NCBI GenBank assembly: GCA_023205875.1
Contig: CP060762.1
Location: forward strand, 124,001 to 188,000
Direction: 5' to 3'
From: Chloropicon primus
Taxonomy: Eukaryota
Length of the DNA: 64,000 bases
In this document: piece by piece, positions 1 through 11,040 of the stretch
Layout of the letters: the number at the start of each line of letters is the position of its first letter
Position numbering within the stretch: position 1 is the first letter of the stretch
Program-made: the position numbers and the translations under genes
The notes under the pieces: generated by a model
Databases searched by the model: none
Told to the model about the DNA's origin: nothing
What the model saw: only the letters and a program-made list of their open reading frames with translations

Positions 1-76
1 TTGGTTTTTGAGGAGACAACAAGAGGGAAGGGTCTTGCGTTTGGTGAGCATTGGAGGGGCGACGCCTGGCGTGTGG

Positions 77-610
77 ATGACATTGGCGTGCAGCAGACAG
101 GGCACTACTTTGGTCTCGCGACGTTTTACGTCATTCAGTCCAAGGCGAGTTTGGGTTTGCCCTCGAGGGAGCAAGGGAGGAGTAACGAGGATTGTGAGGA
201 TGAGTGGAGGGGAGGCGAAGCACACGATTGATGCGGAGGGGCTGCCCTACGCCCCCGAGAAGCTGGAGAGGAAAAAGGACGTCAGTTGGAAGGATTTCAG
301 CGGGGTCGACCTGCGGGCAGGGAGGATCTTGCGGGTGGAAGACTTTCCCCAAATGCGGAAGCCGAGCTACAAGCTCGAGGTGGACTTCGGTCCGGTGGTG
401 GGGAAGCTCTGGACGAGCGCCCAAGTCACGAACTACTCCAAAGAGGAGCTCCTCGGCCGAATGGTCGTGGGGACGATCAACTTGGGGAAGAAGAAACTTC
501 CAACAGGTTTCATCTCCGAGTTCCTCGTGATGGGAGCCCTGAATCCGGACGGCACGGTGAAGCTGCTGCAGCTCCCGGGCGACACCTTGGAAGGGAGCTG
601 CGTGATGTGA
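77..610 (+). CDS. csaA: CsaA/Trbp111-like tRNA-binding OB-fold chaperone with a probable organelle transit peptide
   Basis: DFSGVDLRAGRILRVEDFP..RKPSYKLEVDFGP..SAQVTNY..GFISEFLVMG is the CsaA signature. First ATG at 77 gives an R/S/T-rich leader lacking acidic residues. Confidence 0.85.
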   Translation: MTLACSRQGTTLVSRRFTSFSPRRVWVCPRGSKGGVTRIVRMSGGEAKHTIDAEGLPYAPEKLERKKDVSWKDFSGVDLRAGRILRVEDFPQMRKPSYKLEVDFGPVVGKLWTSAQVTNYSKEELLGRMVVGTINLGKKKLPTGFISEFLVMGALNPDGTVKLLQLPGDTLEGSCVM

Positions 611-835
611 GAAACGCAAGGTGGAGGAGAGCTGAAGGGCTTCTGTGTTTCGACTACGCAAGTGGCTTCAAACCAAACAAGACCTAAGATTCCCTAGGCA
701 CATTGATATTCATTGATTCATTCCAGGATTTCTCTAGACACAACAACACAAGAGAGAGAGAGAGAAGGAGATCGGCGCTGAGGCGGGCGACCGACCAACC
801 AATCGAACCAAAGAGCCTTATCAATTCTCGGTAGG

Positions 836-1239
836 ATGTCACTCCAGGACTTCCAGGACTACGTCAATGAAGCGAGAAAGAGCATGCAGGGGAGGAAGGG
901 TGAGCGTCTTCCCCTACTGGAGTTTCACCTCGAAGAAGCGGAAGCGGAACTGGGTCTGAGCAAGAAGAAGGTGTGTTGATTTCGGTCCCCTTCCTCGTAG
1001 CGCATCGCACGGACTGCTAAGGCGTTTCTCTCCCTGTCTCTCTGCCTTCCCCACCAATTCCTATTTTGTTTCAGATGAAGGAATACGCCCGAGCGACCGG
1101 ACTCTGTCTCTCAAACTTCGTCCTCTATGGGTCGCCAGGGAAACTCCGTCGCTTCCTTCGCGATCATCCTTCCCAGATCATCAGCAGAGAGAAAGCTAAA
1201 GAGCACAAGCTCGTGAAGTTCTTCCTGGTTCGCTTATAG
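836..1239 (+). CDS. Small spliced hypothetical protein (99 aa; exons 836-970, 1075-1239)
   Basis: ATG 836, GT donor 971, GCTAA branch-like motif, pyrimidine tract and CAG acceptor at 1074, in-frame second exon ending TAG 1239. Absent from the ORF track. Confidence 0.6.
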
Positions 1240-1361
1240 CTTTGAACCACAGCAAGGGCAGCTGATAAAATTTTCCTTGGCACCAAACGCCAGCTCGGGT
1301 TCCTATGCTCGAAAGCAGCTGTGCATTAGCTTGAATGAAAAATACATTTACAGGAAGCGTC

Positions 1362-2696
1362 TTAGGACGACGAGGACTTCTTTCTCTGCACGTTCGCGTC
1401 TTGCGTTTCCCTTCTCTTCCTCTTCAGGTTGGCGGCCTGCTTCTTTTTGTTGTCCATCTCGGCCACTTCGGCCTCCGTCTTGCTCACGTAAGCGTGGTAG
1501 AGGACCTTCCCCTCGCAGACCCCCTCTTCAATCTTCACCAGGCTAAGCTCCAGCCTTGGTCCTATCTCCCGAAGCTTCACCACATTCTTCTTCACCCCTC
1601 CACCGCCCCTGACCTTTGCGACTGCAGCCACGCCATCGCTGCCCCCGGCCTCCGCGTCCACGGTGTTCTCCTCCTTCTCTTCCGGGTCCGAGTCCTCTGA
1701 GCCGCTTGAGTCCTCGTCGCCGCCATTCAGATCGTCCTGGAGGTACTGGCTTATATCTTGCAGGTGGCCGAGCTCCGGAAGGTCCCTCTTCAGGATGTTC
1801 CTCACGCTTTTCGAGATCCCCGCAGGCTGCTGTGAGATGTTGTAGTGCCTGAATTGGAACTTGTTCTCCTCGCTCGAGTAGTGGACCATCACGACGCGCT
1901 GACAGTTTGCTATCTTGAGGGAGTTCACCTCCATCGTCGGAAACATGTTCTGGGGCAACCAACCACGGGTTTCGTTTCGTTTCGTTCAGCAGAGAGAGAG
2001 AGAGAGCGTGTGTGTGTGTGTGTGTGTGTTGAGATTGAGATTGAGTGAGATCCATCGTTCCGCGCGTCGTCCAGCGTGAGAAGAGAAGGGAAGGGAAGGA
2101 GTGAAGCAGGCAGGAGTCAGCCAGACGGTCCAAGGCACGCCCGACAGTCCAAGGCACGCAGGTGCAGCGAAAACAAGAACGGTTTGGTTGCTGCCACTCC
2201 AACTTACCTGAAAGAGAGAAGCGCAGAGCTTCCCGTGCCTGTCCGAATTCTTGAAGCCGGAGAGGACCAGGAGGGGCGGGTACTTGAAGGCCCCGACGGG
2301 AGAAGTGTAATGCTTCATGGCCGCCGCGAAGTCGGCACAGCTCGACCACTGCTCGATCCTAAACGTCGCCGTCGGGCCCTGGGGCGTCTTCGCCACCTTG
2401 AGGTACTGGCACCTCTCCGTCGCGCTGAGAATGAGGAAGTGCGATATCCCAAGAGGTCCAACGACGTTCAAGAAGTCCTTCATGACGTTCCCCTTCTTCT
2501 GCTTCAGCTTGTCCGCAGTATGCGGCCGCATGCAAAGCTTCAAGTCCTTCTCCAACTTCTTCACGACCTTGGTGTGTTTCCCCGTCCGAAGCACGAGGGC
2601 GCGCGGCACCTTCTTCTTGCTCGGGTCGAGGGACCCCACCACGTTCTCATCCGGCGCATGCGTCCTCCTCTTCCTCTTCCTCTGCGGCTTTCCCAT
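1362..2696 (-). CDS. PPAN: Peter Pan/Ssf1 Brix-domain ribosome biogenesis protein (exons 2696-2208, 1949-1362)
   Basis: MRPHTADKLK, PQGPTATFRI, PPLLVLSGF, spliced LFQ|NMFP, LREIGPRLELSLVKIEEG. GTAAGT donor and CAG acceptor. Confidence 0.92.
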
Positions 2697-3103
2697 CCTC
2701 TCACCAACCCACACAAAGTACGTCCCTCCCCCGCTCGAGCTCGACTTCACTCGACTGCGCCCGCCGGCAGAGATGGACCTCCAGACTTTTCACTTTTCAG
2801 AGGTGAGGTGAGGGAGGAGGAGGAGGAGGTGCCCGAAGAGACAATGCCTTGGCTTGGCTTGGCTTGGCTTAGCCCTGAATGAATCCCTCTCTCTCTTTCG
2901 TTCTCGTGCTCGTGCTCTGGCTGTCTCAGGAGACAAGGAGGTAACTGTGTTTGCTCTATGTAATAGTAGGATGTCAATAAATAGGAGCGCCTTGGGACCT
3001 GCCGTGTGAGCACTCTTTCTTTTTTAGGTCTGTTTTGAATTGGAAAAAATGTCGTCGGCGAGCCAGTGGACCGCCGCGGCGTTCGCCGCGCACTGTGACC
3101 TGC

Positions 3104-4222
3104 CTAGTAGGAACCCGCAGACTCCAAAATGGGGATGAGCCACTCCGAGAGGGGTGGGACGTCCACCGGGCAGGTGGGGTCGGTGACGAACTGGATGCCA
3201 AGGAAGATTGGGCCGCCGAAGGTGTTGCAGTACCACAACTCCAAGATTCTGTAGGCCTCTCCGATCCCGTAGCACGCGGCGAGCTCGACATAAAGTCCTC
3301 CCAAGTACGTCAAGAACCCCCTGGCAGGTCCTGGGATCCTGGATCCGAGCCTCCCGGTAATTCTACGCACGAAAGAGGCGGCCATGGCTCCGGCCTGCTG
3401 GTCGGCCACGTCCAGGGTCTCCCCCACGGCCATCTCGTCCAGGACGCCCTCCACGCTGTTCTCGTCGGGGACGTAGCAGAGCTGCAGGGTCCACTCCATC
3501 TCCGGGGCCTTGTCCTCCCCCGGGACGTGGGCCTCGAGGGTCCACCTGCCGAAGGTGCCGCCCTCCGCGGCGTTCACGCCGTCCCCAGCCCTGGCGATGC
3601 TCAGGGGCTGGACTGGCTTGTACTCCCCGGTGAAGGGGGCCTCGTTCTCGTCCTGGGGGAAGGACTCGACGGACTCGTCGGAGAACATCACGCCGGTCAT
3701 GTCCTCGCCGAAGTGGTCGCAGTGGGCCTCGGTGGTCCCGCAGGGGTCCTTGAGCACCAAGTGGGGCCTGTCGGTCGGGGAGTTCCCGAAGTAAAGCTCG
3801 ACTCCAGCGGAGCCGGCCTTGGGGTGGGTCAGGTTCATCTCGACCGAGGCCGACAGCAGCTTTCCGGTCACGGGGACCATGACGGAGGACACGGTGTCCG
3901 CGACGTCCGAGGGCGAGTCGAACATCGGGATGGCCCTGGCGTGGAACCTCCTGCACCTTCCGCCCTGGGCCTCCGCCTTGGCGACCTCGGCCTTCAAGGC
4001 GGTCCCCTCCTCCAGGCTCTGAGAGTGGAGGGCATGCCCCTGAATCGGCTCGAAGTCCATGCTCACGTCTCCCACGTAGTTCCCCTCCTCGTCCAGCACC
4101 TGGACAGCGCCGCTGTACTGCTGCAACTGTCGGGACACGTCCGCGTAACACTGCGTCACGGACGCGGCCACCACCAGGGCGCACACCACCGCATGAGACA
4201 CACGACACACCGTCCTCTTCAT
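3104..4222 (-). CDS. Secreted protein with a proprotein-convertase P-domain-like module
   Basis: Signal peptide (AVVCALVVAASVTQCYA); MNLTHP..FSDE..PFTGEYKPVQPLS..GRWTL resembles a P-domain; Cys-containing C-terminus. Confidence 0.6.
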   Translation of the reverse strand: MKRTVCRVSHAVVCALVVAASVTQCYADVSRQLQQYSGAVQVLDEEGNYVGDVSMDFEPIQGHALHSQSLEEGTALKAEVAKAEAQGGRCRRFHARAIPMFDSPSDVADTVSSVMVPVTGKLLSASVEMNLTHPKAGSAGVELYFGNSPTDRPHLVLKDPCGTTEAHCDHFGEDMTGVMFSDESVESFPQDENEAPFTGEYKPVQPLSIARAGDGVNAAEGGTFGRWTLEAHVPGEDKAPEMEWTLQLCYVPDENSVEGVLDEMAVGETLDVADQQAGAMAASFVRRITGRLGSRIPGPARGFLTYLGGLYVELAACYGIGEAYRILELWYCNTFGGPIFLGIQFVTDPTCPVDVPPLSEWLIPILESAGSY

Positions 4223-4584
4223 CCTCTCCTCGGAACTGGAACTCCCTCCTTTTTGGGGGTTAAACAAAAAAAAGCAACTCGGTCACCCTCGCCAGCCGTT
4301 ACGTTTGAGCCGTTACGCGCGACGCCGATGTCGTACCCTCTGGATTCTGCTTCCCCCGACCGCCCGGTTTCGTCGATGGTGTTCGTGTTCGTGTGTGACC
4401 CTCCATGGTTTCTCCTCGTTTTCCTCGCCAGCAGGCGTTACCTTCGAGGGGATCCGAATTCCAAAAAAATAGGAAAAAAAGTAAAGATCCGTGACAGACA
4501 GAAAGTTCCGTGAGGGGTACGCGAACCAAGACAAAGGGAGGAAAGGATCGGGACCGGGATCGATTCCTTCCTCCGCTACGACCG

Positions 4585-6203
4585 ATGGATATGGATCCAA
4601 CATCCAACACCTCGACCTCGACAGGTTGTTCCTTTCGTTTGGTTCCAAAACGAAAAAGAAAACGAAACGATGCCTTGTCCTGCCTCAGGAGGTGTGGACT
4701 CATCGTGGGGGTGGTGGTCGCTCTCGCTCTCGTCCTCGTCCTCAGGGTCGGTGCTGACGACGGCCAGGACTCGTCCTCGTCGTCGTCGTCGTCGTCGTCG
4801 TCGTGCAACACCCGCCGGTACAGCGACCAGGCCAGGGTTCCTCGGCAGCTCTGCGTTACCAGGTTCGCCTCCGAGGGGCTGCACCGTCCCCGGGGGCTCC
4901 TCAGCAGCCCGAGGACGGGTGGGGACGTCCTGGTGGCGGACATCGGTCCGGGAACCGGGTTCTTCACCACGGGGGGAGAGGGGGGGAGAGTCATCGCGCT
5001 CCGGGACCGGGACGGCAGCGGAAAGATAGAGGAAGGGGAGTGGGTCGTCCTGGCGAGGAAATCCGGGCTGAACCACGGGCTCGCCGTCCACGGCGGGTAC
5101 CTCTTCGCCTCGACCTCGGACGAGGTCTGGCGGTGGCCGTACTCCCCAGGTGAGTGGCGGGACCTCGGAGAGGGCGAGCTGGTGTTGACTGGGATGGACC
5201 AGACCGGGCCGCCGGGGCCCGGTGGGCCGCTCTCGAGCCCCTTGGGACACAACACGCGCACGATCATCTTCGATGAGAGTGGGAGGCTCTACGTCTCGGT
5301 GGGCTCCGTGGCCAACGTGGACGGGGACTCGTACAGGTCAAGGATCAGGAGGTTTCAGAACTTGACGGAGCCGAACTTGGCGGCGGGGGTGGTGGACTTC
5401 GCGGACGGAGAAGTTTTCGCGGATGGCCTGCGCAACGAGGTGGGCCTCGCGTGGGGGGACGAGAGGCAGGAGGTGCTCTACGGCGTGGAGAACGGCATGG
5501 ACAATTTGGCGAGGTCAGACCTCGGCGGAGACATCCACGAGGACAATCCCGCGGAGGAGCTCAACGCCTTCCCGGTCTCCTCGCCGGGGCGTTACTACGG
5601 GTACCCGAGGTGCTTCACCGAGTTCAAGCTCGACCACGAGAGGGCCGAAGGGAAGGGCGCTCAGTGGGGGCTCTCCGAGTCGGACGACCCTTACTGCAAG
5701 AGCGAGGAGAACGTCGTGCGGCCCATTCATTCCATGCAGGCCCACAGCGCTCCGTTGGGCCTGGCTTTCTACGGCCAGGATTGGAAGCAAGTGTCGGATT
5801 GCTGCGTCCGTAAGAACGCTTCCGCGTGCGAGGAGATCTCCGAGGGGCTGCCTTGCGAGTACCACGGAGATCTTTTCGTCGGGTTTCACGGCAGCTGGAA
5901 CAGGAAGGGTGAGTAACGGTCACGAATGAACCCCCGTTTTTTTGTTTTTGCTGACTTTTGCGCGCGTCCCTCTCTCGCTCAGAGCCAACGGGGCACAAGG
6001 TCGTGAGGCTGGTGGTGAGCAGGGACGAAGGCGGCAGAGTGGTCTCGGTCGAGGAGGAGGAGGATTTCGTTTGGGCCGACCCCGGCCCGGAGTGGAGCAC
6101 GGGGTTCAGGCCCGTCGACATCGCCTTTGGCAAGCAGGGTGCCCTGTTCGTCTCCAGCTACAAGTCCGGAGAGATTCTCGTCGTGCATTCGCCTTCGCCT
6201 TGA
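4585..6203 (+). CDS. PQQ-dependent glucose/sorbosone dehydrogenase-like beta-propeller (AA12-like), N-terminal membrane anchor; intron 5909-5982
   Basis: LNHGLA, GHNTRT, VSVGSVANVD, GLRNEVG, ENGMD..DIHEDNPAEELN, QAHSAPLGL, FHGSWNRK|EPTGHKVV, FRPVDI. The intron has GTGAGT, CTGAC and CAG signals. Confidence 0.85.
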
Positions 6204-6278
6204 CTACTTTGCTTTTGCTTGTTTTGTTTACATTGTATAAAATAGAGTTCGCGTGCGATATGACATGAGGCATCGTCG

Positions 6279-7139
6279 TTAGGCCTCCTTCCCACTGCGC
6301 GACGTTCCAGCGAGGGCTCCGGTCACGACGTTCATCGCCCCCCTTGCGGCGTTGAGGACGAGCGGAGGGGACTCCCGGTACACGACCTTGTTGTGGCCAA
6401 AGGCCTCGTGCGCGGCTTTCACGGCCGCTTCCCTCGCCCCGCACGACAAGTCATCCCCCGCCCTGTTCAGACCCAAATAAATCGTTTCTATGTACTCCCT
6501 CCTGGACAACTCGCCGAGATCGAACACGTAGTGCCTTGGCGAGGCGGGGAGCCCCAGTGCAAGCTGTGTGGGCCTGCCGAGCAACTGCCCCCCGAACAAG
6601 TCCGCCAAGTACCGCGTGTACAGGTGCCCGAGCAAACCCGCCCCCTCGTGCTCCCTGCCACACCGCCGGATCGCGTCGACGTAGCCCCTCGTCCCCTTCG
6701 AAAGGTGCTCAAAGCCCACGTCCACCCCCATGCCCTGCACATCCTCAAGGTCTCGCTTAAGGGAAGGGGCACGCCTGAGTATTGTTTCATGCTCTCTCCA
6801 CAACTTGGCCACGGCGCCGTCGCCCCCGTCGTCGTCGTCCACCACCCTGTCCAGCTGCGTCTCCATCTCGGTGTACACGTGGTGCATGGCGACGGTGAAG
6901 TTGGCGTACGTCACGAGGCTCGCCATCGCAGCCGCGGTGCCCAACCCAAACACCGTCATGTCGTGGCCATCCTTGAGGGTCTTGTCGAGCTCAAGACTCA
7001 AACTGTTTGGTATCTTATTCGCTGCACTCGTTTTGAGAATGTTGGACGACTCCGTCTCGAGACTCTTGGCGGCCCATTGACCCAACCGCTTCGCCAGCGT
7101 CCCCATCCTCTCTGCAGACAGAAGACAGAAGCAGCTCAT
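6279..7139 (-). CDS. Heme oxygenase-like protein
   Basis: HVYTEME, GHLYTRYLADLFGGQ and EAF.HN heme oxygenase motifs. Start may instead be 7106. Confidence 0.8.
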   Translation of the reverse strand: MSCFCLLSAERMGTLAKRLGQWAAKSLETESSNILKTSAANKIPNSLSLELDKTLKDGHDMTVFGLGTAAAMASLVTYANFTVAMHHVYTEMETQLDRVVDDDDGGDGAVAKLWREHETILRRAPSLKRDLEDVQGMGVDVGFEHLSKGTRGYVDAIRRCGREHEGAGLLGHLYTRYLADLFGGQLLGRPTQLALGLPASPRHYVFDLGELSRREYIETIYLGLNRAGDDLSCGAREAAVKAAHEAFGHNKVVYRESPPLVLNAARGAMNVVTGALAGTSRSGKEA

Positions 7140-7511
7140 GTCAGCCACGAACGACGAAGCCGAGGAGATCTAGACTGCTGATCTGGCAGATCAGGTTGGC
7201 CTTGGCGTGTTGGTCTGAGCGAAAGAAAGAGTGGTGCACGAGGGAGGACGAGAGAGGACGAGGGGTTGTCCAATCGAAGGAAGGTCTCGAGGGCTTCCGA
7301 TGGATGTCTTGGTTGCGTCATAATCTGATCAGGTTTCTGGATTGTCCAGGAGGGAGTTGTGGTCGCCTGGAGTTGTGCAATCGCGAGAGATGATTCTTTT
7401 ATCTTTTCTATTAAAAACTATATTCATATAAATAACATGTTGCGTCTCCTCCTCGGACCCTCCTCCTCCCATTATGAATTATGTACACACACCCTACGCC
7501 TGCGCCTGCGC

Positions 7512-9794
7512 CTACGCAATCGCCTTGAGAAGTCTGGTGCCTTCCGGGCCGGCGGTGTCGCTGTTCATCGCCCTCTTCTTCGACAGGAGCATGAGGAAGT
7601 ACGTTGCCGTGGTGTGGTTGCACTCGCCCTGGACGAGGTACTCCATTGTTCGGGCCCTGTCGAAGCCCTGGAGCTCCATCTGCTGCAAGATGTCCTCCTC
7701 CATCTCCACGACGCCCAGGACCGGGTCGACCTTGACCGCGAGTCCGTAGCTCGGGATCTCCTGCCTCCTCACGAACTGGACCCACTTGTGTCTCCAGATC
7801 TGCTCGCTGGTGGCCCTCTTGCTGGGCTCCACCGTGAGCATCATGCTGAGCAGGTCCCTGGCCTCCTTCGAGATGAAGTCCGGGGAGCTGTAGGACCCCC
7901 TCAAGATCTTCTTGCTAAGCTCCGCCTTGTTGCCCTTGCCGGCGTGGAAGGGCAAGTACCCGCTGATCATGGCGAAGAGGACCACCCCCAGGCTCCAGAT
8001 GTCCGCGGGGGGGCCGCAGTAGTGCCTCCTGGCCACGATCTCAGGCGCCGCATACGAGGGCGAGCCGCAGTACACCTTGAGCTTCTTGTGGTGGCTGGCG
8101 ATGGCGGACAGACCGAAGTCGATGATCTTGATGTTGTTCCTGTCGTCCAACAGGAGGTTCTCGAGTTTGATGTCCCTGTGAATCACCTTGCTGTGGTGGC
8201 AGTAATCCATCCCGGACAAGATCTGCTGGAAGAGCAGGCAGGCCTCCCTCTCGCCCAACCGCCTCTTGCTCTTCACGTAGTCCAAAAGCGACCCGTTGTT
8301 GGCGTGCTCCATGACCACGAATATCTTGCTCTCCGTCTCTATCGCCTCGAACATGTGAATGATGTTGCAGTGGTTCAGCCGCTTCAGCACCCTGATCTCC
8401 CGGTCCACCCTCTTCCTGTCCTCCGTGCTGTTCAGCCTAAACTTATCGATGACCTTCACGGCGACCTTCTCCTTGGTCAGCTTTTGGATCCCCAGCCGGA
8501 CCTGGCAGAACCCCCCCTTTCCTATCACGTGCCCAAGGTTGTACCCAGGAAGCGCTTCCCTCTTCTCGTTCAGGAGCCTGGACTTGTCCATGGCCCTGTC
8601 GTGCTTGTGCATCGGCACAGCCGCCGAAGTCCAACGCCCTTTCGTCCTTTCCTTCCTTCCGGGTATCTTCACAACAGCGGCGGACACGGTACTAGGTCTC
8701 TCGACGTTCCTGTACTTGTGGACCTCGCCGCTCACGGCGCTGGAGGCAGTCGAGGGCCGCTTCTGCTGCTGGTCCTCGTGGCTGTGGCCGCTGTAATTCT
8801 TGTTGCTGGCCTTGCCCTGGGAGCTTGATCCCGAGGTGGACTGTACCTCGACCCTCAAGGTGTCCGTGATTCCATTCAAAGCTTCTTCCAAGTTTTGGTT
8901 CTTGCTGTTCCCGGCGCCGGCAATGTAGTTGTTCTCCTGCACCTGCGGCGGCGCTGCAGCCGACCCGCTCTTTGGCTTTGCTCCCTGCCTCGCGGACATC
9001 GGCCTCTTTTGGGGCGACGAAGACCCGGGCCTCTTCTGTGCGGAGACCGGCCTCTGGTGGCCCGCCGACGAAGGCCTCTGGCCAGCGTTGTGGCTGGCGT
9101 GAGACTGCGATTCCTTTGCGTCCGCAGGGCTGTCCCCCTCCTTCCCCTGGGAGCTCCTCGCCGACAGTGGACGCCTCGTCGGCACCTGCTTCATCGCGTA
9201 AAGCCTGTGGTGGTTGTAGGTCCTCCTCGTGATGGCGAAGCCGTTCTCGACGCCGGTGCTGTTCGTCGTCGTGTTGGTCGTCATGTAGTTGTCCACCCTG
9301 CTCTTCGGAATCATCTTTTGGGCGGAAAGGATCCGCACCCTCGGGGACATTAGGACTGGAGTGACGGCCCTCTGCCTTTGAACCTCCTGCACCCGCTTCT
9401 CCTTCGCTTGCCTGGCCGATGCGCTCCTCGCTGCCTGCTGCCTCCTCTTTTCTGCTCGGGCCTCCGTGGCCAAGCCAATCGAAAACGCGCTCGCTGGCCT
9501 TTGCTTGCTCGCCGGCTTCCCCTCAACGATGCGCCTGCCCTTGGACCTTTCGTACATGGTGCCGCCCTTCACGCCGCTCGCGCTCGTGCTGCTCTTTGGC
9601 CGCGTCTTTGGGGCACTCGGGGGCCGGGGAGCGTTCTTCTGCATCGGCAGAGGAATCTTGTGAGGCTTCTGGGGCGGCTGCGGGATCAAGTGCAGGGTGC
9701 TCTCCGCCTGGCCGTTCGCTCCGTTCATCGTTGCGCTCCCTCCCCTTTGTACGAACCTGTGAGAGGAATCGTATTTCGTTCTGTCTGCTGTCAT
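7512..9794 (-). CDS. SNF1/AMPK/MARK-family Ser/Thr kinase with long basic N-terminus and UBA-like C-terminus
   Basis: GKGGF, VAVK, HRDIKLEN, DFG, CGSPSYAAPE, DIWSLG; N-terminus has repeated RPxSA motifs. Confidence 0.92.
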   Translation of the reverse strand: MTADRTKYDSSHRFVQRGGSATMNGANGQAESTLHLIPQPPQKPHKIPLPMQKNAPRPPSAPKTRPKSSTSASGVKGGTMYERSKGRRIVEGKPASKQRPASAFSIGLATEARAEKRRQQAARSASARQAKEKRVQEVQRQRAVTPVLMSPRVRILSAQKMIPKSRVDNYMTTNTTTNSTGVENGFAITRRTYNHHRLYAMKQVPTRRPLSARSSQGKEGDSPADAKESQSHASHNAGQRPSSAGHQRPVSAQKRPGSSSPQKRPMSARQGAKPKSGSAAAPPQVQENNYIAGAGNSKNQNLEEALNGITDTLRVEVQSTSGSSSQGKASNKNYSGHSHEDQQQKRPSTASSAVSGEVHKYRNVERPSTVSAAVVKIPGRKERTKGRWTSAAVPMHKHDRAMDKSRLLNEKREALPGYNLGHVIGKGGFCQVRLGIQKLTKEKVAVKVIDKFRLNSTEDRKRVDREIRVLKRLNHCNIIHMFEAIETESKIFVVMEHANNGSLLDYVKSKRRLGEREACLLFQQILSGMDYCHHSKVIHRDIKLENLLLDDRNNIKIIDFGLSAIASHHKKLKVYCGSPSYAAPEIVARRHYCGPPADIWSLGVVLFAMISGYLPFHAGKGNKAELSKKILRGSYSSPDFISKEARDLLSMMLTVEPSKRATSEQIWRHKWVQFVRRQEIPSYGLAVKVDPVLGVVEMEEDILQQMELQGFDRARTMEYLVQGECNHTTATYFLMLLSKKRAMNSDTAGPEGTRLLKAIA

Positions 9795-11040
9795 GGCAAG
9801 TCCGTCCGTGGTTCAGGTCATAGTACTCCTCCCCTTTCAAGTGCTCGCAAACACCCTCCTCTCTCTCAACTAGTCCGGCCGAGGCTTCGACGCTCTGTCT
9901 CCTTCAGTCCTGTCGCCTGCGGCTACTCCATCCTCGCTCTTTCGACCCACTCCTCCCTCTGTCGAGCAGAGCAGTGCCCTATCCAGTCCACAAAGGCCTC
10001 GTTGCTCTAGTGTATGGTGTATGGGGTTCCACCCAACCTCGGGCTCGTCCCAAGCCAAGGCCTTCTCGAGCTCCGTCCGTCTCTGTCCGTCCGTCTGTTT
10101 CTTTTTTGGGGTCGGTTCGGGTCAACCTCAACCTCTTCCCCTTGGCCTCACCAAAGCTCGTGTCTTGGACGGGTTCTCGTCCACAAAGGCGGTATCTTGG
10201 CAAGATTAGTAGTACTCTCTCCCCGTCCCCCCTTGGCCCCTCTCTCGCCCTCCGCACCCCAAACTCAAAACTCAACTTTTCCGAAACTCGTATTTGCTCG
10301 ACCGCGAACCTCCTCAAGACGGTTTCACTGTTAAAACCCTAAAAACCAGAGCGTATTTCAAATTTCAAGTCCGAGGAACGTTTCCAAGCCCAGAGTCCGT
10401 CCTTCTGCACCAAGATCTGGCCTTTCCCTTGCCCTGTAGTGTTTCCGTCTTGGGCCACCGCATTTGTTGAAGGGAAGGAGTCGTTGAAGGTTTTCCATTC
10501 CATTTGTTCGTGAGAGACGTTTCCATTTCTTCGCGAATTTGCGCACCACGAGTCTCGGGATGGTCTGGTCCCACGTGGTAAATCCGTGTTACGCCTCCGC
10601 CCGTGGGACCCGGTTTTGCTCTTCTTCCCTCCTCGTGTGAAACGTGTCTCCTAGAATTGACTGACCCAGCCCAGGAGGAGGGAGGAGAACGAGGCTTCAG
10701 CTTCAAGGTCAAGCGAGGACACAAGTCCACACAAGTCCAAGTGACGAGAGCAAGACGAGAGCAAGACTCACAAAAGGAGACAGGTCGTTGCACATTGCAT
10801 TGCTGGAGACGCCAGAGGACCACCCAAGGACTTGCTGGCGAGCACCGTGACCTTGGTAGACAGGAGAAGGAGAAAGACACTTCACTTGGTTCGAGAACCG
10901 AGGAACAGACTTGGGAAGGAGTCCAGTCCCGCTTGCTTGATTGTCGAGAGGGGACAGAGGGGAGGAGGGGGACCTTGGTCAAGAATTGAGGTTGCTCGTT
11001 GTTTCGGATTGTTCAGGGATTCCTTTCGTGTTGGACCGAC

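Noticed and set aside
2201..2210. ACTTACCTG resembling the U1 snRNA 5' end
   Set aside because: It is the reverse complement of the PPAN 5' splice site; no U1 body follows.
3035..4513. Long antisense or alternative-frame ORFs (also 7359-8828, 15430-16629, 20277-21494, 33834-35543, 40153-41376, 44007-45443)
   Set aside because: Shadows of GC3-rich genes that already have clear family motifs on the other strand or frame.
9870..11000. Short ORFs in the 1.2-kb divergent spacer
   Set aside because: No coding bias or recognisable motifs; consistent with promoters and UTRs.
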